From positions 64,001 through 128,000 of the IMG/VR virus record IMGVR_UViG_3300047311_000323: a stretch of 64,000 bases of DNA, one strand, 5' to 3'. Origin of the DNA: a virus. Position 1 is the stretch's first letter; each line of letters begins with the position of its first letter. Shown here piece by piece: positions 16,935 to 26,331 of this stretch. The translations under genes were made by a program, and so were the position numbers. The notes under the pieces were generated by a model. The model was not told the origin of the DNA, ran no database searches, and was given only the letters and a program-made list of their open reading frames with translations.

Positions 16935-18176
16935 TTACCCCTTTAGTTTTTTGACGATGGAGAATAGCGCAATAGCCGTTTCCGGATCATCTCCTTGGAT
17001 GGACGTAGCGTACTTAGCGATGTAGCTGCAAAGAATACGAGGGTCTTCTGCACTCATAGACTCTAATGATTGATAGAATCTTTCGTGAGTTTGAACTCTG
17101 ATTTTTGGATCTCCAGTATCAACAGTTGGTGCGATACGAACTTGTGGAGTTCTCTCAGTGTCAGGCGCATTGTCTGATGGAGGTGCAGCAGGAGATGGTT
17201 GAACAAAAGACGATGGTCCAACCGTTACAAACCTTCCCATTGGAGGTAAGTTTGCAGGAGGCGCGGCTGGCGCAGCAGGTCCACCTGGTGGTGCTGGAGC
17301 CGGCTCTGACTCATGACCCAGTTCAGATTTACCTGGAGCTGGACCAGTTGTGGCTGGAGTTCCAGTAGTTTGGTTCTTCGTTAATTCTTTGTCCATCTCA
17401 TCCTTGATTCTCATCCAAGGAGTAACGGCTGTTTGATAGTAGCTCTTGAATGCACCATCAAATTTATTGAAGTCTGACTTAATTTTGTTGGCAGAGTCCA
17501 TATACTCATCTGGCCTACGAGTTGCTCTGGCAGTTGCCATATCCTTCATAGTAGAAATAGCGTTAGCCAATACTGTTTCAGCTTGGTCTAGTAACTTGAG
17601 TCCGCCCTCACGTAGAGCCTTGGTTTCTTTTGGATATTTCTTTTCCCAGGCTGCAAGACCACGTCCACGACTTGTGAAAAAGTTGAACAAAGAATCGATG
17701 ATACCAGCTTCTTTAATAAGTTGGTCAGCAATTAGAGAGGCGCCTTTTGGCTCCATATGTTGACGAAGTCTATTGATTTTTTCATCATCAACTCCTTCAA
17801 AAAGGAATCTGTGATGAATCTTATTGACATCAACAAAGAACTTATCAATATCATTAACAATAGCTTGTATTTTCTTATGGAACATAGCCAAATCAGAAAC
17901 GCCAGACATCCACTCTCGACGGTTGAAAGCAGTTCTAGATAGTTTCAACAGATCCTTGGCGGACTGTTTGATGGCAGGCTCTTCGGCCTTTCCAATTTGT
18001 TTGCCGGTTAATTCTGAACGAACACGGTCATCTAGCGCTTTGAGGGATTCCATAACCCTATTTAATTCAGGCTTGAATATACCGTCTACGAAAGCACCAG
18101 GAGCATTGATCTTTTCACGCAGATTGTTGAAAAAACCACGACCTGTTTCTCTTTTACTTTGAGCTAATTTATCCAT
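16935..18176 (-). CDS. Hypothetical virion protein
   Basis: 413 aa. N-terminal MDKLAQ, internal IKEA-GIIDSLFNFF amphipathic helix, Pro-rich linker. Confidence 0.75.
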   Translation of the reverse strand: MDKLAQSKRETGRGFFNNLREKINAPGAFVDGIFKPELNRVMESLKALDDRVRSELTGKQIGKAEEPAIKQSAKDLLKLSRTAFNRREWMSGVSDLAMFHKKIQAIVNDIDKFFVDVNKIHHRFLFEGVDDEKINRLRQHMEPKGASLIADQLIKEAGIIDSLFNFFTSRGRGLAAWEKKYPKETKALREGGLKLLDQAETVLANAISTMKDMATARATRRPDEYMDSANKIKSDFNKFDGAFKSYYQTAVTPWMRIKDEMDKELTKNQTTGTPATTGPAPGKSELGHESEPAPAPPGGPAAPAAPPANLPPMGRFVTVGPSSFVQPSPAAPPSDNAPDTERTPQVRIAPTVDTGDPKIRVQTHERFYQSLESMSAEDPRILCSYIAKYATSIQGDDPETAIALFSIVKKLKG

Positions 18177-18181
18177 GGAAA

Positions 18182-18234
18182 CCCTCTACTTGTGCGTAAT
18201 AGCTAAAACAATGCTGGATTATTCACAAGTAGGG
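18182..18234 (-). promoter_or_regulatory. RNA hairpin overlapping the SD of gene 16935..18176
   Basis: CUACUUGUG/CACAAGUAG perfect 9-bp stem plus inner UAAU/AUUA and AGC/GCU pairs. The 3' arm runs into AGAGGG just before the ATG. Confidence 0.5.
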
Positions 18235-18259
18235 CATATTCAGCGGATTTAAAACATTA

Positions 18260-20143
18260 TCACGCTGGTGGTGGTGGACCTGGTGGAGCGCCGCCTCCTG
18301 GTGGCATTAATCCGGCTGAAGCTCCACTTGGTGGAGGTGGAGGAGGACCGCCTGGGCCACCGCCTGGAGGAGGTGGTGGTGGACCACCTGGTAGACCCAA
18401 ATCTGGCATTCCGCCGCCTGGTGGTGCTCCGCCTGGAGTCTCTCCTGGTAGTGGGGCTTCTTGACCAGCTCCCTGTTGTTTTGGCTCTGGAATTTCATCC
18501 TCGTCATCCAATGCACGGAGAGAGTTGAGGTCCATAGCTTCAAGGGCGGCCGTTTCCTTCTTGGCAATTGCGTTCTGAACATTTTCTTTACGCATCTTGC
18601 GTACTTCGTCTTCATACTCAAGACCCAAAGAACGGTATAGGGTGTGAATAGAGACTCTCTTCTGGTCGGCTTGACCCTGAGATAGAGTAACTAAGCTGTT
18701 GATGTAGTCACCTGCATCAAACAAGCTCATGTGGTTCCAATCAATTTCAGGAACGATAAGTTGTTTCTCACCACCAGAGTAGTCATAGAAGCCCTGGATC
18801 TTGGAGATTGGAGCAAAAATCTTAGTCTTGAGCCACTGAGACATCATATTACGGAACTGCATGTATCTCTGACGTAGAACGTCCAAAGCTACACCGCCGT
18901 TAGCGTAAGTGGTATCAGAACCACCGTCCATCATAACTGGTGGAACGAACAAACCAACATAGATTTCCTTCATGAGCTGAGTAATATCGCCGGAGATATC
19001 GTAGATACCTTGTCCCCAACCGACTCTCTCAACAGCAACGCCTTCATGGGTGAAGATTTTGAAGTCTTTGTCGTATTGCGCTTCTTCGAAGACGCCTCTC
19101 CATGCTTCAAGGTCAGCAAAGGTTGGCTTGTAGTCAGCCGAACCAATCTTAACCAAAGTCAATGGGTTGATCATGTTATCAGACTGGGCGTACTTAGATT
19201 CACGTAGCTTATCAAAGAGCATCAACTGACGGAAAATACAGACTGGAAGGCCAGTGCCTCTAATTTCGTAAGGGCTGATACGACGAGCTAAGTGTGATAC
19301 ATGGAAGTTGTCTAGTGGAATGTTTTCTCCACGTCTTACAGAGTCGATAATGTGCTGGTTAAGCTGCTTACGCTGTTCAATATCGGTTGGACGGTTTGAG
19401 AAAATGATTTTCTTGAGGTTCTCATCAGGACGAAGCATGATGATTGGTTCGCTGGCTACGACCGTACGTTTGACAATCATGAAATCTGGGTTTTGAATGT
19501 GTAGGCGACTCCACTTGCCCTTACCTTCATCCAGTTCTGCATAAACAAACGCTTCTCCTAAGAGCCAATACTCTTGGGCAATCTGTACACAGATGTTCAT
19601 TAGGTCAATCTCTTCGATCATGTCATCGAAGAACTTTTCAATATCCTTATTAGGACACTTGATAGATAGTTTGCTGATTGGGTATGTGCTATGCAAACTG
19701 ACAGCATTATGCACGAATGGGTTCAATGCAAAGAAGCTTCGGCACCATGCATTAATAGTTGCACGGTCACGCGGTAGGTTCAAGTTGCTGTTGAGCCAAA
19801 GTGGGGAATAAACTTCAGGAGTCTGCTTGACGGTGTCGCCATGGATACCACGGAACATACCACCAGAGCTAGACACTACCTGTGAATTTTTCTTGAAGCC
19901 TACGGAGGAGACAACGTTAGAAGCCGTAGTAGGCGCGTTGGCCAATGAAAGTTTGTTATAACTTGGGCCAGAGCCATCCCTGAAGTATCCCTGTTCGACC
20001 TCGTCAGAAAGAATAACTCTTCTTTCTCCGGAGACGCCACTTGCCATAATAGCACTTACTTGTGGGGTAGTGGATCTACCTGATAAGAATCTTGCTGAAA
20101 AGGATGGGGCTTCCCCTAATCCCGATTTTTTAATACCAGCCAT
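18260..20143 (-). CDS. Portal protein
   Basis: 627 aa adjacent to the terminase. Core FFALNPFVHNAV...HLARRISPYEIRGTG...LVKIG...GIYDI pattern. Gly/Pro C-terminal tail. Confidence 0.8.
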   Translation of the reverse strand: MAGIKKSGLGEAPSFSARFLSGRSTTPQVSAIMASGVSGERRVILSDEVEQGYFRDGSGPSYNKLSLANAPTTASNVVSSVGFKKNSQVVSSSGGMFRGIHGDTVKQTPEVYSPLWLNSNLNLPRDRATINAWCRSFFALNPFVHNAVSLHSTYPISKLSIKCPNKDIEKFFDDMIEEIDLMNICVQIAQEYWLLGEAFVYAELDEGKGKWSRLHIQNPDFMIVKRTVVASEPIIMLRPDENLKKIIFSNRPTDIEQRKQLNQHIIDSVRRGENIPLDNFHVSHLARRISPYEIRGTGLPVCIFRQLMLFDKLRESKYAQSDNMINPLTLVKIGSADYKPTFADLEAWRGVFEEAQYDKDFKIFTHEGVAVERVGWGQGIYDISGDITQLMKEIYVGLFVPPVMMDGGSDTTYANGGVALDVLRQRYMQFRNMMSQWLKTKIFAPISKIQGFYDYSGGEKQLIVPEIDWNHMSLFDAGDYINSLVTLSQGQADQKRVSIHTLYRSLGLEYEDEVRKMRKENVQNAIAKKETAALEAMDLNSLRALDDEDEIPEPKQQGAGQEAPLPGETPGGAPPGGGMPDLGLPGGPPPPPPGGGPGGPPPPPPSGASAGLMPPGGGAPPGPPPPA

Positions 20144-20224
20144 GTAACCTCTGTTGTTCCACTATACCCTCTACTAGAATACACTAAATATGATATATCC
20201 AGTAAGCTTAGGTATTTAGGCCGC

Positions 20225-22108
20225 TTAGAACCTTCTCGGTACATAACCGCTCATTACCATGGGTTTATTCAGGTTTTTAGGGGTATGAAGCATTGGATTG
20301 TTATTTGTGAAGCCTCGACTAACTAAGAATTTAAAAGCCAAATAAGCGTTCAGCAGTGCCATAAATCCGTCGTTTGGTGTTCCGCCCTTGACATAATGGA
20401 CTGTGTGGTCACCATATTTAGAAATAGATGGCTTGAGTTCCATACTACAACAATGGTCAATTAACCATGCAACCTTCTCATAATCTCCATATGGGAATCT
20501 AATCAGACCTTTCTTCATTTGGTCATAAAGCTCACTAATATAGAAGTCTCTCTCGAAGATAATTTCTTTTGGAAAAGCCTCATGATTAAACTTAACATGA
20601 TCATTAACTCTGTTATGAGCACGAGAGACTAGATATCTATCTCCATAAGTGTTATGTAGTGTAGAAGAAAAGTCATTAGAGTAACCAATGTCTCCAATGG
20701 TTAGCTGCACACTATACTGTCTCATCAATTGATCAATGAGCCCCTTTTTGCTTTCCGGATCATTTCGTTTAAACTTAGTAGCAAATTCAATTGACAGTAA
20801 GTTAGATCCTTTGGTTTGCAAAATAACAGCGGTACTATAAGATTGGCCAGCAGGTTTTACTCTTTCTGGGTCAGCTAATTGTTCTAGGTCAGAACGGGCA
20901 CCATAATCGATTCCCATTACCGTCAACTGCTGCATTGGTCCTTTGGTTGGAAGAATACGTGGGCTATATTTTCTTTCGAAGTCAGCACATAGAGTACGTA
21001 CCTCGTCTGGAGACATCGGACTTGCATCTCCCTGATAGAACTCTCCAAGAACTTCGTTTTGGAAAACACGCTCAGTATTGATTGGATGACGGCCCGGCTT
21101 TTCCTTATCGATATCTTCTCTAGTGAATTTGGGCATGTAAAGCTGATTGATATGGAAACCAATCATATCACAGTCTGGATCGTTTGGATTCTTCAGAGCA
21201 ACCCACTTGCCACGTTCTTGTGCTTGTAGTTTATCTTGTTCATGGCCGCATTTTGAACACTTAACTACTTTACCATGAATCCAAACTTTCTCCCAATCAT
21301 CAGAACCTGGCGTGTAAAGTGGGAAATGCTCTTCACATTTCTCACAGCCTAAGTAGTAATATTGCTGAGAAGAAGACTGCCACATCTTGTGGTAGTCAGA
21401 TCCTTTACGACGGGGCGTTCCAAAGAAAACTTGTACTCCCTGTGTAGGTCTGCCATATTTGGCGTTGGTTAGAATTTTAAGAGCGTTTCCAATAGCCTGA
21501 GTCGTTGTCTTCTGAACTTCGTCAAAGAATAGAATATCAGCGGTACGACCCATGATTCTGTCGGCGTCTACGCCAGTCGACTCTACCCACAAGTGGTTTC
21601 CGCCAATGAACTGTTTAAAATGCAAAGAATCGTTGGTAGGAGAAGACTGGTCTAGTAATTGCTGCATGAAAGACTTTGGACGAGAGCCCTTGTTTTCGGG
21701 AGTTCCTTCAGGGACCTTAGCCATATTGATCATTTGGTTTAGCTTGGTCTTAGAATAGGCCGCAGCTAACTCCAATTGAGGGAAAGCGTGGATGATACGG
21801 ATTGGTGGACGGAACCCGTCTCCGAACAAACCAGAGCCCATGAAATACATTTCCAAAGCACTAGCCATGGTAGTAGCTCCTACCTGACGGCCTTTGACTA
21901 AGATAACTGGCTTAGCATCTGGCTCTAATGCTTTAATACCAATGTATCTGTAAATATCTGAGAAGGGCTTATATCCATTACCACTCAATCTGAATGGTTC
22001 ACCTTCTAATGTTAAATTCTCTTGACAAAATGTTACGGGGTCAATCATTGAGAGTTGTCTTTTCATCTTCTCAAAGATTTCCTTATTTTCAATATTTATA
22101 CTGGGCAT
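20225..22108 (-). CDS. terL: Terminase large subunit (lambda gpA-like family)
   Basis: Walker A region VKGRQVGATT, Walker B LFFDEVQ, GTP coupling motif, CEKC/CSKC zinc motif, FQNEVLGE, and RNase H-like MGIDYG nuclease motif. Confidence 0.92.
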   Translation of the reverse strand: MPSINIENKEIFEKMKRQLSMIDPVTFCQENLTLEGEPFRLSGNGYKPFSDIYRYIGIKALEPDAKPVILVKGRQVGATTMASALEMYFMGSGLFGDGFRPPIRIIHAFPQLELAAAYSKTKLNQMINMAKVPEGTPENKGSRPKSFMQQLLDQSSPTNDSLHFKQFIGGNHLWVESTGVDADRIMGRTADILFFDEVQKTTTQAIGNALKILTNAKYGRPTQGVQVFFGTPRRKGSDYHKMWQSSSQQYYYLGCEKCEEHFPLYTPGSDDWEKVWIHGKVVKCSKCGHEQDKLQAQERGKWVALKNPNDPDCDMIGFHINQLYMPKFTREDIDKEKPGRHPINTERVFQNEVLGEFYQGDASPMSPDEVRTLCADFERKYSPRILPTKGPMQQLTVMGIDYGARSDLEQLADPERVKPAGQSYSTAVILQTKGSNLLSIEFATKFKRNDPESKKGLIDQLMRQYSVQLTIGDIGYSNDFSSTLHNTYGDRYLVSRAHNRVNDHVKFNHEAFPKEIIFERDFYISELYDQMKKGLIRFPYGDYEKVAWLIDHCCSMELKPSISKYGDHTVHYVKGGTPNDGFMALLNAYLAFKFLVSRGFTNNNPMLHTPKNLNKPMVMSGYVPRRF

Positions 22109-22134
22109 ACTAAAATGATCGTATATTCAGTAGA

Positions 22135-22701
22135 ATGGCTTCCACGAAAAAACGAAGAAAAAGAGTATGCCTCAAATGTGGCGTTTCATTAACCACTAAG
22201 AATTGGGCTACTTACGACCAAAACAAGGGCTATTATATCTGCAAGCCATGTCGAAAATCCAATGACAAGAAGTCTCATCAGACCGATCCTGATTACTCTA
22301 AAAAACAAAACAGCCGCTATCGTATGAAACGAAGCGCTGTTATTTGGGCTTATGGTAATGCTTGCTGTATTTGCGGAGAAGATGAGTATACTAAACTAAC
22401 AATCAATGGTGATATCAACTATCTGTATGAAGGTCTTGTCCAAAAAACTGGATATCAAGTTACATGTTACAATTGTTATAAGGGTAAACCTTACAAAAGT
22501 AAATATGTCGAGTCATACAGGAAGAAAATAGTCAAGTACTATGGTGGTTGCTGTAAAGAGTGTGGTGAAAGAAAGGTTGAAACACTAACTCTCAACAAAA
22601 ATAAAGAACTGCTATGCTACAATTGCAAGTATAGCAAGATTGCGCTTGAGAAATACCCTCCAGAACCCGAAAAACAGGCTGGGCAAGTGCAAAGCACTTA
22701 A
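22135..22701 (+). CDS. Degenerate tandem HNH-like zinc-finger protein
   Basis: An N-terminal CxxC...CxxC, then two YGxxCxxCGE...(L/T)CYNC units. The usual IDH His is missing in both. One of only two credible plus-strand genes. Confidence 0.75.
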   Translation: MASTKKRRKRVCLKCGVSLTTKNWATYDQNKGYYICKPCRKSNDKKSHQTDPDYSKKQNSRYRMKRSAVIWAYGNACCICGEDEYTKLTINGDINYLYEGLVQKTGYQVTCYNCYKGKPYKSKYVESYRKKIVKYYGGCCKECGERKVETLTLNKNKELLCYNCKYSKIALEKYPPEPEKQAGQVQST

Positions 22702-23333
22702 AATTTCGCAGGCATTAAAGCGTTGAATGCATCAGTATTTGATGGATCAATATCGGAATTAACAGTAGAATGGTCGCCTTGACCTAGCTGACTGAAATTA
22801 TCATAGCTACTAGGGTTACTAGTCTTAGCTTGTAGGTTGTATTGACTAACAAGGCGGGTCAATTTGTCATCTTCCCATGATGCTTCGTTAGAAATATCAC
22901 CAGCATGCAAAGAACGCAAGCGACTAATGATGGCAGGGACTGACAAATTACCCTTAGACTCCCTAACAATGTTCTCAAGCGTATTCAGAATGCTTGGCTT
23001 GTCTTGGATAATCTTTGGCATGTTAGCATTAGTCTGAGCCTGAGCTGTTTTACGAGGCTTGCTAGGTGGTGGAGCATCTTCAGATGACGTTTTGGTCTGT
23101 AGATAGTCGGTCAAACCACTACGGTGCATCATATCATCAACGGCAGCCTGTACCGATGGATACTTAGACTTGCCATTCATGATGGTGCTAATCTGTTCGA
23201 ACAAACTGTTGCCACGTGGTTGCACGCTGGTCTTTTGAAGGGAGTTCTCAAACGCCCTTAACCAGTGGTCATCGCTCTCAGGAGCATCAGATTGTCTATT
23301 GATCACCGATTGGTGTCGTGAATTTTTGCTCAT
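22698..23333 (-). CDS. Hypothetical head-module protein
   Basis: Start refined to MSKNSR (23333). Contains an RKTAQ motif. Confidence 0.75.
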   Translation of the reverse strand: MSKNSRHQSVINRQSDAPESDDHWLRAFENSLQKTSVQPRGNSLFEQISTIMNGKSKYPSVQAAVDDMMHRSGLTDYLQTKTSSEDAPPPSKPRKTAQAQTNANMPKIIQDKPSILNTLENIVRESKGNLSVPAIISRLRSLHAGDISNEASWEDDKLTRLVSQYNLQAKTSNPSSYDNFSQLGQGDHSTVNSDIDPSNTDAFNALMPAKF

Positions 23334-23335
23334 TA

Positions 23336-24421
23336 TTAAGCCCTGTAGTTGGCTGCCCAATCCATATTGTCAGTATCGTATACTTCAAGATCATCATCTG
23401 GGAAGAAGCCACGATCCTCACGCATTGGATAACCCATATCCCACAATAGTTGTCTTACTTCGGCTTGCTCACGGTCATCAAGCTTGTATTTAGAAACTTG
23501 ACGCTTGTACAAATCTTCGATATCATGGCCAGCAGAAACAGTACCGTTAATGCAAACACGAGCAATTCTAGAAATCAAAAGAGGAACAGTTACGTAAACT
23601 CCTTGAACTCCAGTAATCTTCTGTGCGTGCTTAGTCAAACCAAATCCTTCAAAGCCTGGCTCTTCACCATTATTAGCTAGTTGAACGATTACCTTTGCGG
23701 CAGTCCATTCCTCACCAGGAATAGTAGTATCAGCTACCCAATCCTGTAGGTCTTCATCTGAGTATCTCTCAAGAACTTTGTTGATTTCAGGTTGCAATTC
23801 TTGGGCAGTCTTCTTACGCTTCTTAGAAGACTTCTTGGAATCTTTTACCTTATCTAGACGATCACGCAAACGAGACAAACCATTATCTAGCTCGGAACGA
23901 ATCTTCTCAACCTTGTTAGCATCTAACTCAGAGTCGAGGTCCATTCTCATAGCCTTAGAAATTTCGCTATCTAGTTTCTCCATGTAGGACATGGCACGTT
24001 CTAGACCGGCAGAGTCGTAACCAGAGTGCTTAGGAACACTGTCTAGTCTTTCCTTGACCCAGGCTACAAAGCCGTGTGGGCCATGCTTAGACCAATCCCA
24101 TTTAGCATTCTTGCTCTCTTTAGGATCTTCTTTCTTATCTTCACCGTCATCCTTAACTTCGAGAGTCTCATCATGTACTTCGAGTTCGGGTTCTGGGTGC
24201 TTAGTGCCAGGTGGTGCGCCGGGAAGGTCTTCAACTACGATTTCAATTTCGCCAGGCTCAGATACTTCGATTGGAGCGCCGGACATAAGTTCTTCAATGC
24301 CCTCGTGTTGTAGTTCGGCAGGGATAGCCTCAACCGAGTGCTCATCATGCGCCGGTAGCTGTGACGCCGGGGAAATCGGGTCTATGACGTATAGCTGCTG
24401 TGCTCTGGATCGTAAAGTCAT
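23336..24421 (-). CDS. Hypothetical head-module protein
   Basis: 361 aa. Acidic N-terminus with LEV motifs, helical core, KKTAQ and KHAQ motifs. GAGGT SD. Confidence 0.8.
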   Translation of the reverse strand: MTLRSRAQQLYVIDPISPASQLPAHDEHSVEAIPAELQHEGIEELMSGAPIEVSEPGEIEIVVEDLPGAPPGTKHPEPELEVHDETLEVKDDGEDKKEDPKESKNAKWDWSKHGPHGFVAWVKERLDSVPKHSGYDSAGLERAMSYMEKLDSEISKAMRMDLDSELDANKVEKIRSELDNGLSRLRDRLDKVKDSKKSSKKRKKTAQELQPEINKVLERYSDEDLQDWVADTTIPGEEWTAAKVIVQLANNGEEPGFEGFGLTKHAQKITGVQGVYVTVPLLISRIARVCINGTVSAGHDIEDLYKRQVSKYKLDDREQAEVRQLLWDMGYPMREDRGFFPDDDLEVYDTDNMDWAANYRA

Positions 24422-24453
24422 TTAGGTACCTCTGGGAGTGCTTTCTTTATATG

Positions 24454-24465
24454 ATAATATGCGGT
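24454..24465 (-). promoter_or_regulatory. Candidate phage promoter ACCGCATATTAT
   Basis: Identical to 6279..6290 and similarly spaced from the next start codon. Confidence 0.5.
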
Positions 24466-24489
24466 TGTATGCAATGATAATGATTGGTT

Positions 24490-25563
24490 TTAGATATTCC
24501 ACTTATCCTCATAGATATCGGTACCAATATCAGAAGTTCCAGTAAATGGCTCTTCTACTTGCTCGGTTTGGTCAGCATCGTGACCTTCTGGATCTACGCC
24601 ATCTGGCAAGCCAAATAAACCGTCTTCAGATGGGGTTAGGTACTTATTAAAAAGTTTTTGCAGGATATCCTCGTGAAGACCTCTAGCTGGCTTTGTCTCT
24701 TCGTCATAATCTCTACCGAAATTAAGGGCATCAGCCGAACGACCATCAAAATCGTTTTCTGGTAAATAAGAGTGCTCACCAGCAATCTGTCCAGATTGGA
24801 ATGAACTCTGGAAAAGCTCAGGTCCTATATCTCCTGGGAAAAGAGAATAGTCATCATTGCCTGCAGGACCTAACGGACCCACTAGTCTTGGCTTATGATA
24901 CTGCTCTTCACCAGGATAAATCATTTGGTTATAGTGGTTTACCTGTTCATCAATCGGGAAGTCAATATGATTGACATCCTTTTTCTTCTTCTTTTTTGGA
25001 CCAGGGGTGCCTTGATATGGACTGTTTTTCCAATCATAGATACTGGTGCCATGCTCTTTAGGCGGAAGCATATGATCGGCATTGTCATCGGCAAAGAAAG
25101 CGCCTGGACCGTGATCTTCCTCTTCCCTGAACTCTTCAACACTGTCAACTTTGCCATCGCTCATTTCTTGATAGAGACCTTTTCCTAAATCATAATTAGG
25201 GCCTGCGGTCTTGATTATTCTTTCAAAAATAGCTGCACGGGCTTTAATGCCAGGATTTTCTTTAGTACGTTTGCCAGAATCCAATTGCCAAGAATCGTCG
25301 GCTTCATAGCGACCCTTCATCCTACTACGCCTTGCTTCTAGAAATTCCTGGACGCTATCGTAATTTTGTAGACCGTGGTATCCCGTGCCGGGGCCGATGT
25401 CCTCCATGCCGGGAATTGTATACAAATCGTAGTTGTAATAAAATGGTTCTTCAAAACGTGGCTGAACAACCAAGGCCGGATCGGACTTGTATTTCTTTTC
25501 ACCAGGCGTTGGTTCGTTGACCCCGCCTCCACCTTGGAAATAACCTTTCTTATTGACTGACAT
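24490..25563 (-). CDS. Head protein carrying a third YFQGGGGVNEPTPG module
   Basis: Start refined to MSVNKKGYFQ (ATG 25563, AAGGA SD). 17/21 identity to protease repeat 1 over the module. Confidence 0.8.
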   Translation of the reverse strand: MSVNKKGYFQGGGGVNEPTPGEKKYKSDPALVVQPRFEEPFYYNYDLYTIPGMEDIGPGTGYHGLQNYDSVQEFLEARRSRMKGRYEADDSWQLDSGKRTKENPGIKARAAIFERIIKTAGPNYDLGKGLYQEMSDGKVDSVEEFREEEDHGPGAFFADDNADHMLPPKEHGTSIYDWKNSPYQGTPGPKKKKKKDVNHIDFPIDEQVNHYNQMIYPGEEQYHKPRLVGPLGPAGNDDYSLFPGDIGPELFQSSFQSGQIAGEHSYLPENDFDGRSADALNFGRDYDEETKPARGLHEDILQKLFNKYLTPSEDGLFGLPDGVDPEGHDADQTEQVEEPFTGTSDIGTDIYEDKWNI

Positions 25564-26323
25564 TGGATTTTCCTTTAACATGCTTCATGTAGTATGGATA
25601 TACCTTTTCTGTAATTGGTATCTGAGTCCATAGATTCATCTGAGTAATTAGTTGAGCTGCCTTCTCTGGATTCCTAGTGAAAGCTTCATTTAGCTTATCG
25701 TTCATTGATTTCTCAGTTGAAATCTTAACAGTTTCAGGATACTTTCTTACATACTCAATAATTGAATCATCCAAGTCAAAATCCAATTTACAAGCAAGAT
25801 AAATTGCCCTTACAACTCTATTCCTATTAGAAGTGAGAGTTACCTCAGGCGCTAAACAAGTTCTAATCTTCTTCTCTTTGATATCTTTGAATCCTCGTTT
25901 AGTTGGATCCAAAGTTTGCTTTAGGTCTAACGTCAGCAACAAAGAGTTACAGGTAAAATCACGACTGAACATTTCGCGCTGCATGTTGGTAGGATTTCTG
26001 ATTCCTAACTTCGCTAGCTCTTGGTCAATGTTTTCGACCATAAAATTAGAAGAGAAGTCTACCTTCAAAGTACCTACGAAGATAGAGCTGTGTCCATCTT
26101 CCATAGTTTTTCTGGTGACGTTATACTTCTTACGAAACTCAATGAAAAACTCTTGAGACAAATAGTCAACGGTCTTATCACCAGTAGTAACATCTATGTC
26201 GGCGATGTTTTCTAGTTTACCCATGTACTTATCTCTAGGCGTACCTCCGCAGATATAGGGCGGAGATGCGCCTATCTGTTCTTGCACTCTCTTCATTTCT
26301 GAAAGCAGTTCGCGGAGTTTCAT
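25550..26323 (-). CDS. Minimal class II tRNA nucleotidyltransferase / poly(A) polymerase-family enzyme
   Basis: Motif A CGGTPRD...DIDVTT and SRDFTCNS, then DPT..G..DI..KKIR. Motif D reads SNRNR instead of EDxxR. 257 aa, no HD domain. Confidence 0.88.
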   Translation of the reverse strand: MKLRELLSEMKRVQEQIGASPPYICGGTPRDKYMGKLENIADIDVTTGDKTVDYLSQEFFIEFRKKYNVTRKTMEDGHSSIFVGTLKVDFSSNFMVENIDQELAKLGIRNPTNMQREMFSRDFTCNSLLLTLDLKQTLDPTKRGFKDIKEKKIRTCLAPEVTLTSNRNRVVRAIYLACKLDFDLDDSIIEYVRKYPETVKISTEKSMNDKLNEAFTRNPEKAAQLITQMNLWTQIPITEKVYPYYMKHVKGKSNVSQ

Positions 26324-26331
26324 TTATCTCC

